Position numbers and translations under genes: made by a program | Assembly (NCBI GenBank): GCA_030390025.1 | Contig: CM059432.1 | Span: 125,054,001 to 125,118,000 of the forward strand | Origin: Squalus acanthias | Lineage: Eukaryota | Direction: 5' to 3' | DNA length: 64,000 nucleotides | Shown here: positions 12,827-25,252 of the stretch, in pieces | Layout: the number at the start of each line of letters is the position of its first letter | How positions within the stretch are numbered: the first letter of the stretch is position 1 | Notes under the pieces: generated by a model | Database searches by the model: none | The model's input: only the letters and a program-made list of their open reading frames with translations | Told to the model about the DNA's origin: nothing

Positions 12827-12920
12827 GACGAAAGGTCATCGACCTGAAACGTTAACTCTCTTTCTCTCTCCACGGATGCTGCCTGGCCTGCTGAGTTTTT
12901 CCAGCGTTTTCTGTTGTTAT
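12827..12920 (+). mobile_element. Young Penelope-like mini-insertion with hammerhead core (family A), 13-bp TSD
   Basis: TSD TCCCTCATATGCT at 12814-12826 and 12921-12933. Core (CT)GACGA-AAGGTC-ATC-GACCT-GAAAC-GTTAAC. Confidence 0.85.
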
Positions 12921-13888
12921 TCCCTCATATGCTTGTCCAGCTTAAATGTATCTATACTATTTGCTTCAACCACTCCCTGTGGTAGCGAGTTCCACATTCT
13001 CACCACCCTCTGGGTAAAGAAGCTCCTTCTGAATTCCCTGTTGGATTTCTTGGTGACTATCTTATATTGATGGCCTCTAGTTATGCTCTTCCCCACAAGT
13101 GGAAACATTCTCTCTGTATCCACTCTATCAAAACCTCTCATAATTTTAAAGACCTCTATTAGATAACCCTTCAGCCTTTTTTCGAGAGAAAAGAGACCCA
13201 GCCTGTTCATCCTTTCCTGATATGTATACCCTTGCATTTCTGGTATCATCCTTGTAAATCTTCTCTGCACCCTCTCCAGTGCCTCTACATCCTTTATAAT
13301 ATGGTGACCAGAACTGCACGCAGTACTCCAAGTGTGGTCTAACCAAGGTTGGATACAGGTTTAGCATAACTTCCCTACTTTTCAATTCTATCCCTCTCGA
13401 AATAAACCCTCGTGCTTGGTATGCTTTTTTTATGGCTTTGCTAACCTGTATCGCAACTTTTAGTGATTTGTGTATTTGTACTCCGAGATCCCTTTGTTCC
13501 TCTACCCCACCTACACTTGCACCCTCCAAGTGATAAGTGACCTCCCTATTCTTCCTACCAAAATGTAATACTTGACATTTACCTGTGTTGATCTTCAATT
13601 GCCAATCATTTGCCATTCTGCAAGTTTATTAATGTCCTCCTGTAATTTGTTGCAGTCGTCCTCAGTATTGACTATCCGCCACCCCCCCCCAAATTTGGTA
13701 TCATCTGCAAATTTAGAAATTGTGTTTTTGATTCCAAAGTCTAAATCGTTAATAAAAATTGTGAACAGCAGTGGTCCCAGCACTGATCCTTGTGGAACAC
13801 CACTACCCACCTTCTGCTACTATGAATAGTTACCCTTTACTCCTTCTCTGCTTTCTGTCTTGAAGCCAGCTAGCAATCCATTCTGCTA

Positions 13889-14108
13889 TAATAACAACAG
13901 AAAACGCTGGAAAAACTCAGCAGGCCAGGCAGCATCCGTGGAGAGAGAAAGAGAGTTAACGTTTCAGGTCGATGACCTTTCATCAGGTCATCGACCTGAA
14001 ACGTTAACTCTCTTTCTCTCTCCACGGATGCTGCCTGGCCTGCTGAGTTTTTCCAGCGTTTTCTGTTGTTATTTCGGATTTCCAGCATCCGCAGTATTTT
14101 GCTATCGT
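13889..14108. mobile_element. Family-A hammerhead element with inverted 5' arm (89-bp perfect palindrome), 14-bp TSD
   Basis: TSD AATCCATTCTGCTA at 13875-13888 and 14109-14122. Arms are 13890-13978 and 13985-14073 with a 6-nt spacer. Confidence 0.88.
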
Positions 14109-14151
14109 AATCCATTCTGCTACTTGTCCCCTGACTCCGCATTCTCTGACC

Positions 14152-15114
14152 TGTATACACAGACCCTTAATTTTGGTATATATTAAAATGCTTTGCCAGG
14201 CCAAAAGGTTTTTTTTCGAAGTGAAATAAAGTTGCAACAGACTGTCTTTCATTGATAAGTGGACATGGAATGTGCTTTGATGTGCTTTACTAAAAGGCAG
14301 CAAATATTTGGTAGCAAATGTGCTTTCAAAAGGAACTGTTGTGTTTGCAAGCTGCTTTGTGATGGAGATATGTCAAGAGCTGGGTGTCGGATAGTAGATA
14401 CTGACAGAACAAATGATTGTGACTGCAGGGGGTAGTCATAGACAACAGAGATAAACAAACCCCCTTAGATTAGCAGACTTCGTGTCTACAACAAAACAGG
14501 CCACAAGGTTGTAGAACAAATTTTGGTGGCTAAAGGGGAGGAGTCAAACCTTTGGAGTTCTGAAATACAGGATGCAACGTAACATGTGAAATGTGACCAA
14601 GTGGTTTACTACCACTTTTTTAAACTTTTGAGTGAATGAACAATTATGGGCTTTGATAAAGGCAGCTAACAGATAACCACACAGGATGTGCGAGTGTGAA
14701 AGTTTGACAGCTCAAACAACTTAGGCCGAACATTAAAGGAACACCTCACAATCTCTGAATGTTTGATTTACTGAAAAGGCAAGGAAAACTATAAAAAAAC
14801 CAGTGACTAAAAATATCAGCACTGCAGTTGGAAGGAGGGGCCTGGATGATCGTCTCAACTTGAAGAGCTGCTGCAGTCGAAAGGAAGTGGCCTACAATCA
14901 ATGCTGGACTGATCATCTGCGGGTGGTTGTAGGTATGATTTCTTGTAACATTATTGGTGTACTACTCGAATAGTGGTTGGGGTTTTGAATCTGTCTTAGG
15001 AACAATAAAAGGTTAAAGGCAGAACCCGTGTGTCTGGTATAATTTCTCATAAGTCTCAAGTCCGAACTCTATAAACTGTTGGATGAGGCGAGGGGTAATT
15101 TCGCACGTCCTACA
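14152..15114 (+). mobile_element. Solo LTR (963 bp), probably Gypsy/ERV-like
   Basis: TGTA...TACA termini and a 4-bp TSD GACC (14148-14151, 15115-15118) whose removal restores the CR1 sequence. TATAAAA near 14791 and AATAAA near 15004. Confidence 0.8.
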
Positions 15115-16479
15115 GACCTTATTCATCAGACTATTATGGGGTACTTTTTGAAAATCTAGATAAATTACATCTACTGCATTACCATTGTCTACTCTGTTAC
15201 CTCTTCAAAAAATTCAATATGGTTGGTCAAGCTAGATTTTCCCTTTTGAAATCTATGCTGACTATTCATTATTGTACATTTAATTTCTAGATATTCTTTA
15301 TTCTCCCTTTTAGTAGGGATTCCATTATTTTTCCTATCACCGGCTAAGCTGATTGGTCTTTAATTCCCTGGACATGTTCTATTCCCCTTCTTAAATATAG
15401 GTATTACGTTAGCTGTCCGCCAGTCCTCTGGCACTACACCTTTTTCTAACAAATCATTACATTTGTGTAGTAATGCCTCTGCTATCTCTTCCCTAGATTC
15501 TTTTAAAATGCATGGATGCAATCCATCTGGACCAGGGGTTTTATCCTCTTTGAGTTTGATTAGTTTATTTAATATATCCCCTTTTTTTATTTTAAATGCA
15601 CTTATCTCATTACTCATTTCATCATCCAATGTCATGTCCACCTGTTCTATCTCCCTGGTAAATACCGAAGCAAAATCATGATTTAATATTTCTGCCATCC
15701 CCCTATCCTTACCTGTGGTATTGTCCTGTCTATCCCTTAATGGCCCTATTCCCATCCCAACCTTCATTTTTTACTGGTGTGCCTGTAAAATATTTTACTA
15801 TTTTGTTTTATGTTCCTTGATAATTTAATTTCATAGTTTCTCTTTGCCTTCCCAATTGTTTTTTTGACTTCTCTCCTAATCCCTTCGTATTCTCTTATCA
15901 TGCACTCCTCTGCTGTCTATTTACTTAATGTATGCCTCTTTCCTTACCCTCAATTGTTTCCTTATGTCTTTATTCATCCATGCAGCCTCATTAGTGTTTA
16001 GTTTGTTCTTTCCTTTTAGCAGAATATATTTTTCCTGCTCTCTGTTGAACACCATTTTAAATGTTTCCCATTGTCGTTCTACATCGTTGTTTGCCAATAT
16101 TGTTGCCCATTTTATCTTCCCAAGTTCTATTCTCAGCCGCACAAAATTAGCTTTTCTCCAATCTATTAACCTGGTTTCTGTCATACTTATGTCCTTCTCT
16201 ATTATCATTATTCATCCAGAAAACCCCAACGCCCCCTCACTGCCACATCTAATTGTTCCTTAAATGATTCCAGGGTTTTTACCTCCATTCCATGTAAACG
16301 ATGTCTCTTTAGGGATTTCTATCAGTCCTAAATTTGCTCTTCACGAATTTAAACCTAAGTCCCCTTGTCCTAGTTTCAGTTTATTTCAAAGCAATATTAC
16401 AAATTTAGCTTTTCTATTCCATTAACTATCCTATATACCTGTACAAGATCACCTCTCTGATGCTTCCTTTAAAAAATAA

Positions 16480-17070
16480 AAATTGAGGGAATATTGGAAT
16501 TTGCTTCAGACATTAAATTGGAGCAGGGCATCATAAACCGTGACATGGATTGTAAAAGACTGTAGGAGACCACAGATAGGCTAGTAGGATGAACAGACAA
16601 GTGGCAAATGCAGTCCAATGTAGAAAAATGTGAAGTAATACTGGTTGGAATTAAAAAGAGGGAAAATAGATGCACCTTAAATGGTCAGATTTTAAGTGGA
16701 GCACAGGGATCTTGGGCAGATATGTAGATCATTAAAAGTAGCAGTGCAACCAGATAAGGCTATAAGGCGGCAAATTAATTCACCGTTTTGTACCGAAAGG
16801 TATAGAATACAAAAGCAAGAAAGTAATGAACTTTACATGACCCCAGTTAGGCTGCAGTTGGGATTATTTGCACACTTTGGGCACCCTATTACTATGTTTT
16901 ACTACTTTAAAGGTGCTATATAAATGCAAGTTGTTGTTGAAGGACATAAAAGTGATGGAACAGGTGCAGTGCAGATTTTCTAGGACGTTACTGGGGATAA
17001 GTTAGTATTGATGAGAATCTTTGGAATGTAGGGCTTTTCAGCAGAAGACAGGTTTTTAAGATTATGAAGG
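16480..17070 (+). mobile_element. Old CR1 RT 3' fragment containing an L2/SINE-type tail near 16900-16940
   Basis: Decayed FA(D)D...KWQMQ.NVEKCEV motifs and a gctatataaatgcaagttgttgtt tail. Confidence 0.6.
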
Positions 17071-17427
17071 TATGATGAAAATGCTGTCCTTTTGCCTAAC
17101 ATGGTGGAAGTGGTCACTTTAAAACTGTGTGTGCAAGACTTGAGCAGCCCACTACTGCTATGTTAATACAAGGTTGCAACAAGGCGCAGCCATGGCTCAG
17201 TGGTAGCACTTTTGCCTCAGTCGAAAAGTTGTGGGTTCAAATCCCACTCCAGGGACTTGAGCACAAAATCTAGGCTGACATTGTTCGAGGTGCCATCTTT
17301 TAGAGGAGTTGTTAAACTGAGGCCCCATCTGCTCGCTCAGGTGGATGTAAAAGGTCCCATAGCACTATTTCAAAGAAGAGCAGGGGAGTTCTCCCCAGTG
17401 ACCTGGCTAATATTTATCCCTCAATCA

Positions 17428-18372
17428 ATCATAGAATCATAGAATGGTTACAGCACGGAAAAAGGCCATTCGAGCCCGTGCCGGCTCTCTGCAAGAGCAC
17501 CTCAGCTAGTCCCACTCCCCCGCCCTTACCCCGTAGCTCTGCAATTATTTTTCTTTCAGGTACTTATCCAACTCCCTTTTGAAAGCCATGATTGAGCTGC
17601 TGCCACCACCCTTTCAGGCAGTGCACTCCGGATCCTAACCGCTTGCTGCGTAAAAGAAGTTTTTTCTTAGGTCGCCTTTGGTTCTTTTGCCAATCACTTT
17701 AAATCTGTGTCCTCTGGTTCTCGACCCCTCTGCCAATGGGAACCGTTTCTCTCTATCTACTCTGTCTAGACCCCTCATGCTTTTGAACACCTCTATCAAA
17801 TCTCCTCTCAATCTTCTCTGCTCTAAGGAGAAGAACCCCAGTGGGCAACACGGTGGCATAGTGGTTAGCACTGGTGCCTCACAGCGCCAGGGACCCAGGT
17901 TCGAATCTGGCCTCGGGTGACTGTCTGTGTGGAGTTTGCACATTCTCCCCGTGTCTGCGTGGGTTTCCTCCCACAGTCCAAAAATGTGCAGGTTAGGTTG
18001 ATTTGGCTATGATAAATTGACCCTTAGTGTTAGGGGGGGGATTAAATATGTGGGGTTACGGGGATAGGATAGGAAGGGATATGTTAGGGGGAATTAAATA
18101 CGTGGGTTTACGGGGATAGGGTGGGATATGTGTCGGTGCAGGCTCGATGGCGATTCTGTGTGAGAAAGCAGGGACAGGGTACTGGATTTGGATGATCAGC
18201 CATGATCGTATTGAATGGTGGAGCAGGCTCGACGGGCCGAATGGCCTACTCCTGCTCCTAGTTTCTATGTTTCTCCAGTCTATCCACGTAACTGAAGTCC
18301 CTCATCCCTGGAACCATTCTTGTAAGTCTTTTTTGCACCCTCTCTAAGGCCTTCACATCCTTCCTAAAGTGC
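17428..18372 (-). mobile_element. CR1 3' fragment (contains a V-SINE)
   Basis: Has an (atcatagaatcatagaa) tail and the peptide SLEQRRLRGDLIEVFK...TRGHRFK. Confidence 0.85.
17843..18274 (+). mobile_element. V-SINE (HE1-like) with CR1-derived 3' tail
   Basis: tRNA head (ggtggcatagtggtt; ggttcgaatc), V-domain (tgtggagtttgcacattctccccgtgtctgcgtgggtttcctcc), tail shared with CR1 3' ends, and short TSD CCAGT. Confidence 0.9.
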
Positions 18373-19789
18373 ACATCACAAACAGATCATCTGGTCATTA
18401 TCACATTGGTGTTTGTGGGAGCTTGCTGTGAGTATACTGGCTGCTGCGTTTCCTATATTACAACAGTGACTACACGTTCAAAAGTGCTTTGGGACGTCGT
18501 GAAAGATGCTACATAAATGTAAGTCTTTCATTTTTCTTGTGGTCTCCCTGCTAACAGAGCCGAGGGAGTCAACACATCATTTTCAAAGATATATAGACTT
18601 TGGAGTGACTGATAGCAGAGGCAGGTATCTAAACTACACATTCTCCCAGTTATTTTTTTCAGAGATATGAAAGCGACAGTTTTCTTTTTTAAGCAATGCC
18701 AGTTGCAGTTGGAAAATCTCAAACGGAGCCATAAGACAGATTGAAAAATAACTGTCAAATGTTGATATTCCTGAAAGACTGAAAAATACTATGTATATGT
18801 ATAGTTCATTACAATAGATTAGATTGCATTCTTAGGGTTAGGATTTGTTTATCACGAGCAGATAAAAGATACTGCAAATATTTAGATTCTCCACTTGTTT
18901 CAGGAGTTCAATAGGTTGTTTTCATATTTAAAGTTGAAAAGGTTGGATAATTGCTTGAAAATGAGGAACATTAAAGGGCATGAGGAGTGTGGTTTAGACT
19001 AGACGACCTGTGGAGGAAAACATCAGTGTAGAGTTAGAATCATAGGGAAGTACAGCACAGGAGGAGGCCAGTTGGCCCATCGAGTCTGTAACATTTCCTA
19101 ACAGCAAAACTCTTAACTCTATATAAAATAAATTGTCCCCTTCCATGGCATACGTGCAAGTATGTACAGGCAGAATAATCTATGAAGTTTAGTGCTAAAA
19201 GTGAACAAAAGATGAAAATATATCTCCCATTTCTTTCAGAAGCTTCCCTTCAACATCAGAATAGTTCTTGAAGTTCAACAAATGCACTTAGCCTAGGCGA
19301 CCACTTGCTCACTGAAGAAGCATACTTTAACAGTATGGTGTGCCTAACTTCCTGGAGCTTTAGCCACATGACATTTGAAGTAAGGCAGAAGATTGAAATA
19401 GTTCAGTACCTGATTTTCCAACTGGTTAAGATACCAAAAATATTCTGCTACTACATACACACCATTCTATAGTGTTTCCACACCTAAAAAAAAACCCTCA
19501 GAGGACCAAATTAGTACTTGATCCCACAAGCCCCATGATACCCATCAGTTTTGTTGCATCTGCATCCCAACACTTCACTACTTTCCTCAAGTCTTTGCTT
19601 TAGTCTTAAGTCCCGGTCCTTGCCTGAAATCTCCACTTCCTCTGGATCCTGAGCCTAGCCTCTGTGCTTTCAGTACCAACTTGGCTTTCTCTTCCAGCCA
19701 TTGACCAGGCTCTACTTGAGTAGCATTCCCTACTGACATGTGGGAGTGGGGCCTGCTCGCACCCAAGAAACTGAAAATATAACAGTCAG

Positions 19790-20305
19790 CAAAGATTTCA
19801 AAAGGGGAGGTCATGCTTGAACAACCTTATTGAATTCTTTGAAGAAGTAACAAAGAGTAGACTTGGGTAATGTAGTAGATGTAATATATTTAGATTTTCA
19901 AAAGGCCTTCGCTAAGGCATAGTAAACTCATGACCAAGGTCAGAACATGGAGTAAGGGGACATGTAGCAGAAAGGATAGCAAGCTGGCTATGAAACATAA
20001 AACAGAGAGTAGGGGTTAAAAAGATAGTTAGTCATACTGGCAAAAGGTGGTAACTGGTGTTCCACAAGGATCGGTGCTGGGACCACTGTTGTTCATCATT
20101 TACATAAACAATTTGGAGTTGGGAATCAGAAGTACAATTTCAAAATTTGCGGATGACACCAAATTGGGAGGTATAGTTAAACAGAGGAAGACTGCGACAA
20201 AATAGAGGAAGACATTAATAAGCTTGCAGAATGGTTGTGTAATTGGCAAATGAACTTCAATATAGACAAGTGAGAGGTGGTACATTTTGGTAGGAAGAAT
20301 AAGGA
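19790..20305 (+). mobile_element. CR1 RT internal fragment
   Basis: LDFQKAF, GVPQGSVLGP and FADDTK motifs readable with stops. Confidence 0.85.
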
Positions 20306-22725
20306 GTTTCATACAGATGAATTTATCATCATGCTTCAAACATTTGAGCAGTTTTTTCAAACCAAAATAAATTAGTGTTTCTTTGCAAAGCTATTTCTTA
20401 GACTGGTAGAATAATATGCTGATTGAGGGTGAAGAAAAGTCACAAGCCCTGATTTACATATCTTTCTAAAATTTAAACATCCTTTTGGGCTTTCCTCATT
20501 TGTACGACTTACCTGACTCACTTATGAAAATGTGTCAGTTAAGTGGAGAACAAGTTTACTTCTTCTAACCAATCATGCGCCATATCATGGCTGCTCTCCA
20601 ATTGTTTTAAACTTGGAAGCCACTGCATTACCATATTATTTCCAACTTTCCCGACCAATTAGGTTGAGCGGGTGTGATGACAACCTGGATGAGTTGATTT
20701 CAACTCCATTTAAAAGGCCACTCCAAACATGACATTTGATGTATTCTGGAGTTGGGAGTAGAACAAATTGACAGAAATGGAGTCCAGACATTGAAAGGCT
20801 GTGCCTCGTTTTAGTGACTCATCCCTGGAGAAGTCTGCCAGTGAAACCAAGAAGGCATGGCTAGAGGCTGCTCATGAGGTCAGCAGCAGGAGTGGTGCCA
20901 CGCTCCTGAATTCAATGCCAAAAGTGGTTTAATAACCTAAGCAAGGCAGGAAAGGTATGTACAGTGACATAATGTATCACGCCAACCCCCCCCCCCACTC
21001 TACCTTCTCAAGCCTACTCCAGTACATCACTCCTCACACCAACATACCTTGCAAGTGCACCCGGCCGCCCACCCCTCTCGGTCAATGCACTTCCTCACAT
21101 CCCCATCTGTCCATCCACCATTGACACTCAACCTCATCTTTGTGCAAGTTATGCCTCTTCCTCATAAATCACCCTCAGCAAATGCTTTCCATCCATCATT
21201 CAATACCGGCCATTACTCTCACTCATAGGTCTCTTCTCCTGCAAGGAGGGAGAGAGCACAGAACACAAGGGAGAGGCAGAGGAGGCCCTCCAGCCATCTT
21301 GCAACTGACAGCTGCAGAGGAAGTGGCATTGGACATCAGTAGAGTCTGTGTGTGCTTGGCCGGCAGAGATGGGAGCCTCCCGCTGCAGGTGCTTTGGCCG
21401 CATCATGTTCCACCTCCTCCTCCTTGGAATCATCTGAAGAGGATCTATGCTCTGCACCTTGTTCCTCCTGCAGGTCCAAACCTCACTGCTGTGTAATGTT
21501 AAGCAGAGTGCAGCACACAACCACCATTCTGGAGACCCTGGTTAGTGCGTACTGAAGGGCACCTCCAGATCTGTCCAGACACCTGAAGCACATCTTCAGC
21601 ATGCCAATGGCTTGCTCAGTGACACATCTGGTGGTCATATGGCTTTCACTATATTGCTCCTGGGCCTCATTGGTTTGGTTCCTCATTGGTGTCAGCCACA
21701 TTTCAAGTGGGCATCCCTTGTCTCTAAGCAGCCACCAGCAACTCCGCTTCAGTTTGCCAAGAGATTAGGAAGGGTGGACTGCCGCAGAACGAAAGTTCTC
21801 TGCCACTCCCTTGAGTTCTGTGCTCTCTTCTTTCCCGCCTTGTAGAAGAGACCTATGCCTGGGAATCTTGCGCACACTTGCATAAACATCTTTTGTGGTT
21901 GCACATCGCTGCACATTGGAGTGGAAGCCCTTGGAAGTTGTTGAATACTCCTGGGTGATCTGGGGGTGCCTTAATTGCCGCATGCGTGCAGTCAATGACG
22001 CCCTGCACCTGTGAGAAGCCAGCTAGAGCTGCAAACCCCAGCACCCGCTCACCGACAGGTATCGATGTTGGCAAACATGCCATCAGTGAAAAGATTGCAA
22101 AGTCTCTGTTTGAAGAATGGACTGTCGAGAATATTTTGTGGATTTATGGGATTTTTCTGAGGGTATTTTCCCTGTGATGGGATCACCCTGTGCAAATATG
22201 TGAAAAACTGGTTTGTTAAAACTCCAGAGAACGCATGGCAGTTGGCTGTGACAAAAGATCTGTCAGTGAACCCGAATGTATAGGTTCACCCGACAGTCCT
22301 GGAAAAAAGGGGGGCCATTGACACAGGGGCTGAGGACCCTGAGGCACCCGTTGAACTTGAACCTATTAGAAAACCACTCTAATATGCAAAAGCACTTCTC
22401 ACCTCCATCTCAAGAGAAGCAGAACAATGAACCCACTGGCCTAGCCAGCCGGAGAGGAGCCAATTTTTCCCAACACAAAGACCGAAATATGTCCCAGACT
22501 TAGGGCCATTAGTCCAATCACGGAATAATCATGGGTCTGAGGATGACCCATCACTGATTAAGCAGCGAAGTGCTTAGAAACAAAAGGATTTTAAAGATTG
22601 GCGGGAAAGATAGACCCTTTCCCACCATTCTCACGCTCTCTCAAGATTGACTTAACAAGAAGTACCAGAGGAGCCGCCGAGCGGAGCGATCGAAACCGAC
22701 GGCGTGTGGGGGTAAGCATGGTCTT

Positions 22726-25252
22726 ACTATTTTGATCAAACCAATCAATTATCTGTAACTAAATAAAACTTTAAAGGAAACTTAACAAATCAAATTAAAA
22801 TTTGGTAGTCCGGGGTGACGATGCACTCCAGCCCCCGCGGCGCCCACCGGTCGCGGAAAAACTCAAGCGTGCCGGCGGACACCGCATGCTCCATCTCCAG
22901 GGCCACCCGGGCGCGAACATGGCCGCGGAAGAGAGGCAGGCAATCGGGCCGAACGACCCCCTCGACCGCCTGCTGCCTGGACCAATTAATGGCTTTCTTA
23001 GCCAGGCCCAGGAGCAGTCCCACGAGGAGGTCCTCCGACCTGCCCGCTCCCCTCCGCACCGGGTGACCGTAGATCAGGAGCGTGGGGCTGAAGTGCAACC
23101 AGAAATTGAGGAGCAGCCCCTTCAGGTAATGAAAGAGGGGCTGCAACCTCTCACACTCTATATATACGTGAAAAACGGACTCCTCTAGGCCGCAGAAATG
23201 GCAAGCGGCCTGGGAGTCCGTAAACCTACTTATCAACCTATTGCACGGGACTGCTCCGTGCAACACCCTCCAGGCCAAGTCCCCAATAGAACAAGGGAAG
23301 ACTCCCGCGTAGAGAGCCCTCCATTGGGGACCTTCGCCTCTGCCGGACGGCAAGATGGTACGCCAAGGCGTGTCCGGACGGCAGACGAAGATGGCAAAGT
23401 GGAGAGTGTGCAGGAGCAGCCCGTACAGGAAACGCCTCCGTGCGGGTTGAAAGGGCATGGAGGGCATTTCTCCGAGAAGGCTCAAGTGGTGAGGCGGCGG
23501 CTCCCAAGGGAGGATTCGGGGCTGGGCGCCGATAAGGAATTCCGTCCGAACGGGGGTCAGCTCGGACGGGATCGCCCCACGTGCTTGAGCCTCCTCGATA
23601 CACCTAGTGGAGTCGGGGCCCAATGCCATTTTTAGCGACTCGATGGCTTTGACCGCGAGCCGGACGTTGATCCAACCCATGCGCCTCGCCAACTCCTCCG
23701 GCGCCATCCAGCCCGCTCCTCCGCCATCGAGCAGGTCCCCGACTCTAGTCACCTTACCGGGTACAGCCCTGCCCTCCGCCAGCCGACCGAACCCGCGGTC
23801 GAGGAGGTGCGGATTCCTGAGCAGCGGCTCCCGAAGGACGGCCACCGCTCCTGACGGGGGAGAACTGCGCCTGGAGGTGACTCTGTTCCAAACCCATAGC
23901 AGTTCCTGGTAGAAGACAGGCAGCTCCCGCAAGCTGGCACGCGTGCCGCCCACTCTCACAAACAGGAGCTGCGTGTCGTAGTTGAGGCCGTACAGCTGGC
24001 GGAAAAAATACGTCGCCAGCGCACGCCACCTAGGAGGATTCTCCACGTACAGGTATCTCTGCAGCGTCTGAAGACGGAAAGTCGCCGCCTGGGTGCGAAG
24101 GCACACCAGCGCCTGACCGCCCTCCCTAAGCGGGAGACTCAGAACCGCGGCAGAGACCCAGTGCTTCCTTTTGTCCCAGAAGAAGTCGACGAGCTTCTTC
24201 TGCATCTTGGCGACAAACGCAGGGGGAGGGATCAAAGTGACCAACCGGTACCACAACATGGCGGCCACCAGCTGGTTTATGACCAGTGCTCGACCCCTGT
24301 AGGACAACACTCGGAGCAGTCCCGTACAGCGCCGTAGGCGAGCGGTGACTTTGGCCTCCAGCTCTTGCCAGTTCGCCGGCAAGGCGTCCTCGGCCGGGCT
24401 GAGGTAGACTCCCAGGTAGAGGAGGTGCGTCGTGCTCCAGGCGAAGGGCCTGAACTCCTCCGGCAGGGAGTCCACCTGCCATGGGCCCACCAGGAGTCCA
24501 GAACATTTCTCCCAGTTGATCTTGGCGGAGGATGCGTCCGAGTAAATCTGCTGGCAATCTCGCATCCTCCGCAAGTCAACGGGATAGAAACATAGAAACA
24601 TAGAATCTAGGAGCAGGAGTAGGCCATTCGGCCCGTCGAGCCTGCTCCGCCATTCAATACGATCATGGCTGATCATCCAAATCCAGTACCCTGTCCCTGC
24701 TTTAATCCCCACAGTACACATATCCCACCCTACCCCCGTAACCCCACGTATTTAATTCCCCCTAACATATCCCATCCTATCCCCATAACCCCACATATTT
24801 AATCCCCCCTAACACTAAGGGTCAATTTATCATAGCCAAATCAACCTAACCCACACATTTTTGGACTGTGGGAGGAAACCGGAGCACCCGGAGGAAACCC
24901 ACGCAGACACGGGGAGAATGTGCAAACTCCACACAGACAGTCACCCGAGGTCAGATTCGAACCCGGGTCTCTGGCGCTGGGATCCGTGACCGCGAGGAGC
25001 ACGTCATCGGCGTAAGCCGAGAGGACCACCTCCACGCCCGGCCCTTGCAGAGCCAGTCCCGTCAACCTCTTCCGCAAGAGGCGCAGGAAAGGCTCCACGC
25101 AAACGGCGTATAACTGACCGGACATGGGGCATCCCTGACGCACCCCCCTCCCGAAGCGAAGGGGTGCCGTCAAAGACCCGTTAACTTTAAATCAGACACT
25201 CCGCGGCGGCGTACAGAAGTCGGATCCGGGCGACGAAATGCGTCCCGAACCC
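22726..25252 (-). mobile_element. 5'-truncated Tx1-clade non-LTR retrotransposon (RT C-half + CCHC knuckle), GC-rich and young
   Basis: GVRQGCPMS, YADD, YLGVYL and CHFC-x7-H-x4-C motifs, stop at 22790. 13-bp TSD TAAGCATGGTCTT (22713-22725, 25253-25265). 1-nt frameshift near 25190. Confidence 0.92.
24586..24978 (-). mobile_element. 5'-truncated V-SINE inside the Tx1 RT
   Basis: Reverse complement of the 17843-18274 family. TSD GGGAT (24581-24585, 24979-24983). Removal restores ...LLAVTDP-VDLRRM... Confidence 0.92.

Larger units (their letters stand above)
12668..16210 (-). mobile_element. Degenerate CR1 LINE interrupted by two hammerhead mini-elements and a solo LTR
   Basis: Frameshifted RT pieces in ORFs 12917-13270, 13146-13616, 13595-13810 (PQGSVLGP, FADD), 15360-15767 (TPGPDG) and 15921-16208. 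Confidence 0.9.
17186..18527 (+). mobile_element. Deu-SINE (SacSINE1-like) split by a CR1 fragment: head about 17186-17427, tail about 18373-18527
   Basis: Both halves align collinearly to the intact copy at 61915-62383. Confidence 0.8.

Noticed and set aside
17843-17915. tRNA-like sequences (also at 12171, 17186, 61915, 63743)
   Set aside because: They are SINE heads continuing into SINE bodies, not tRNA genes.
24581-24721. N-terminus of the 643-aa ORF 22790-24721 as a novel fusion protein
   Set aside because: The first ~47 codons come from the inserted V-SINE tail and are in frame by chance.
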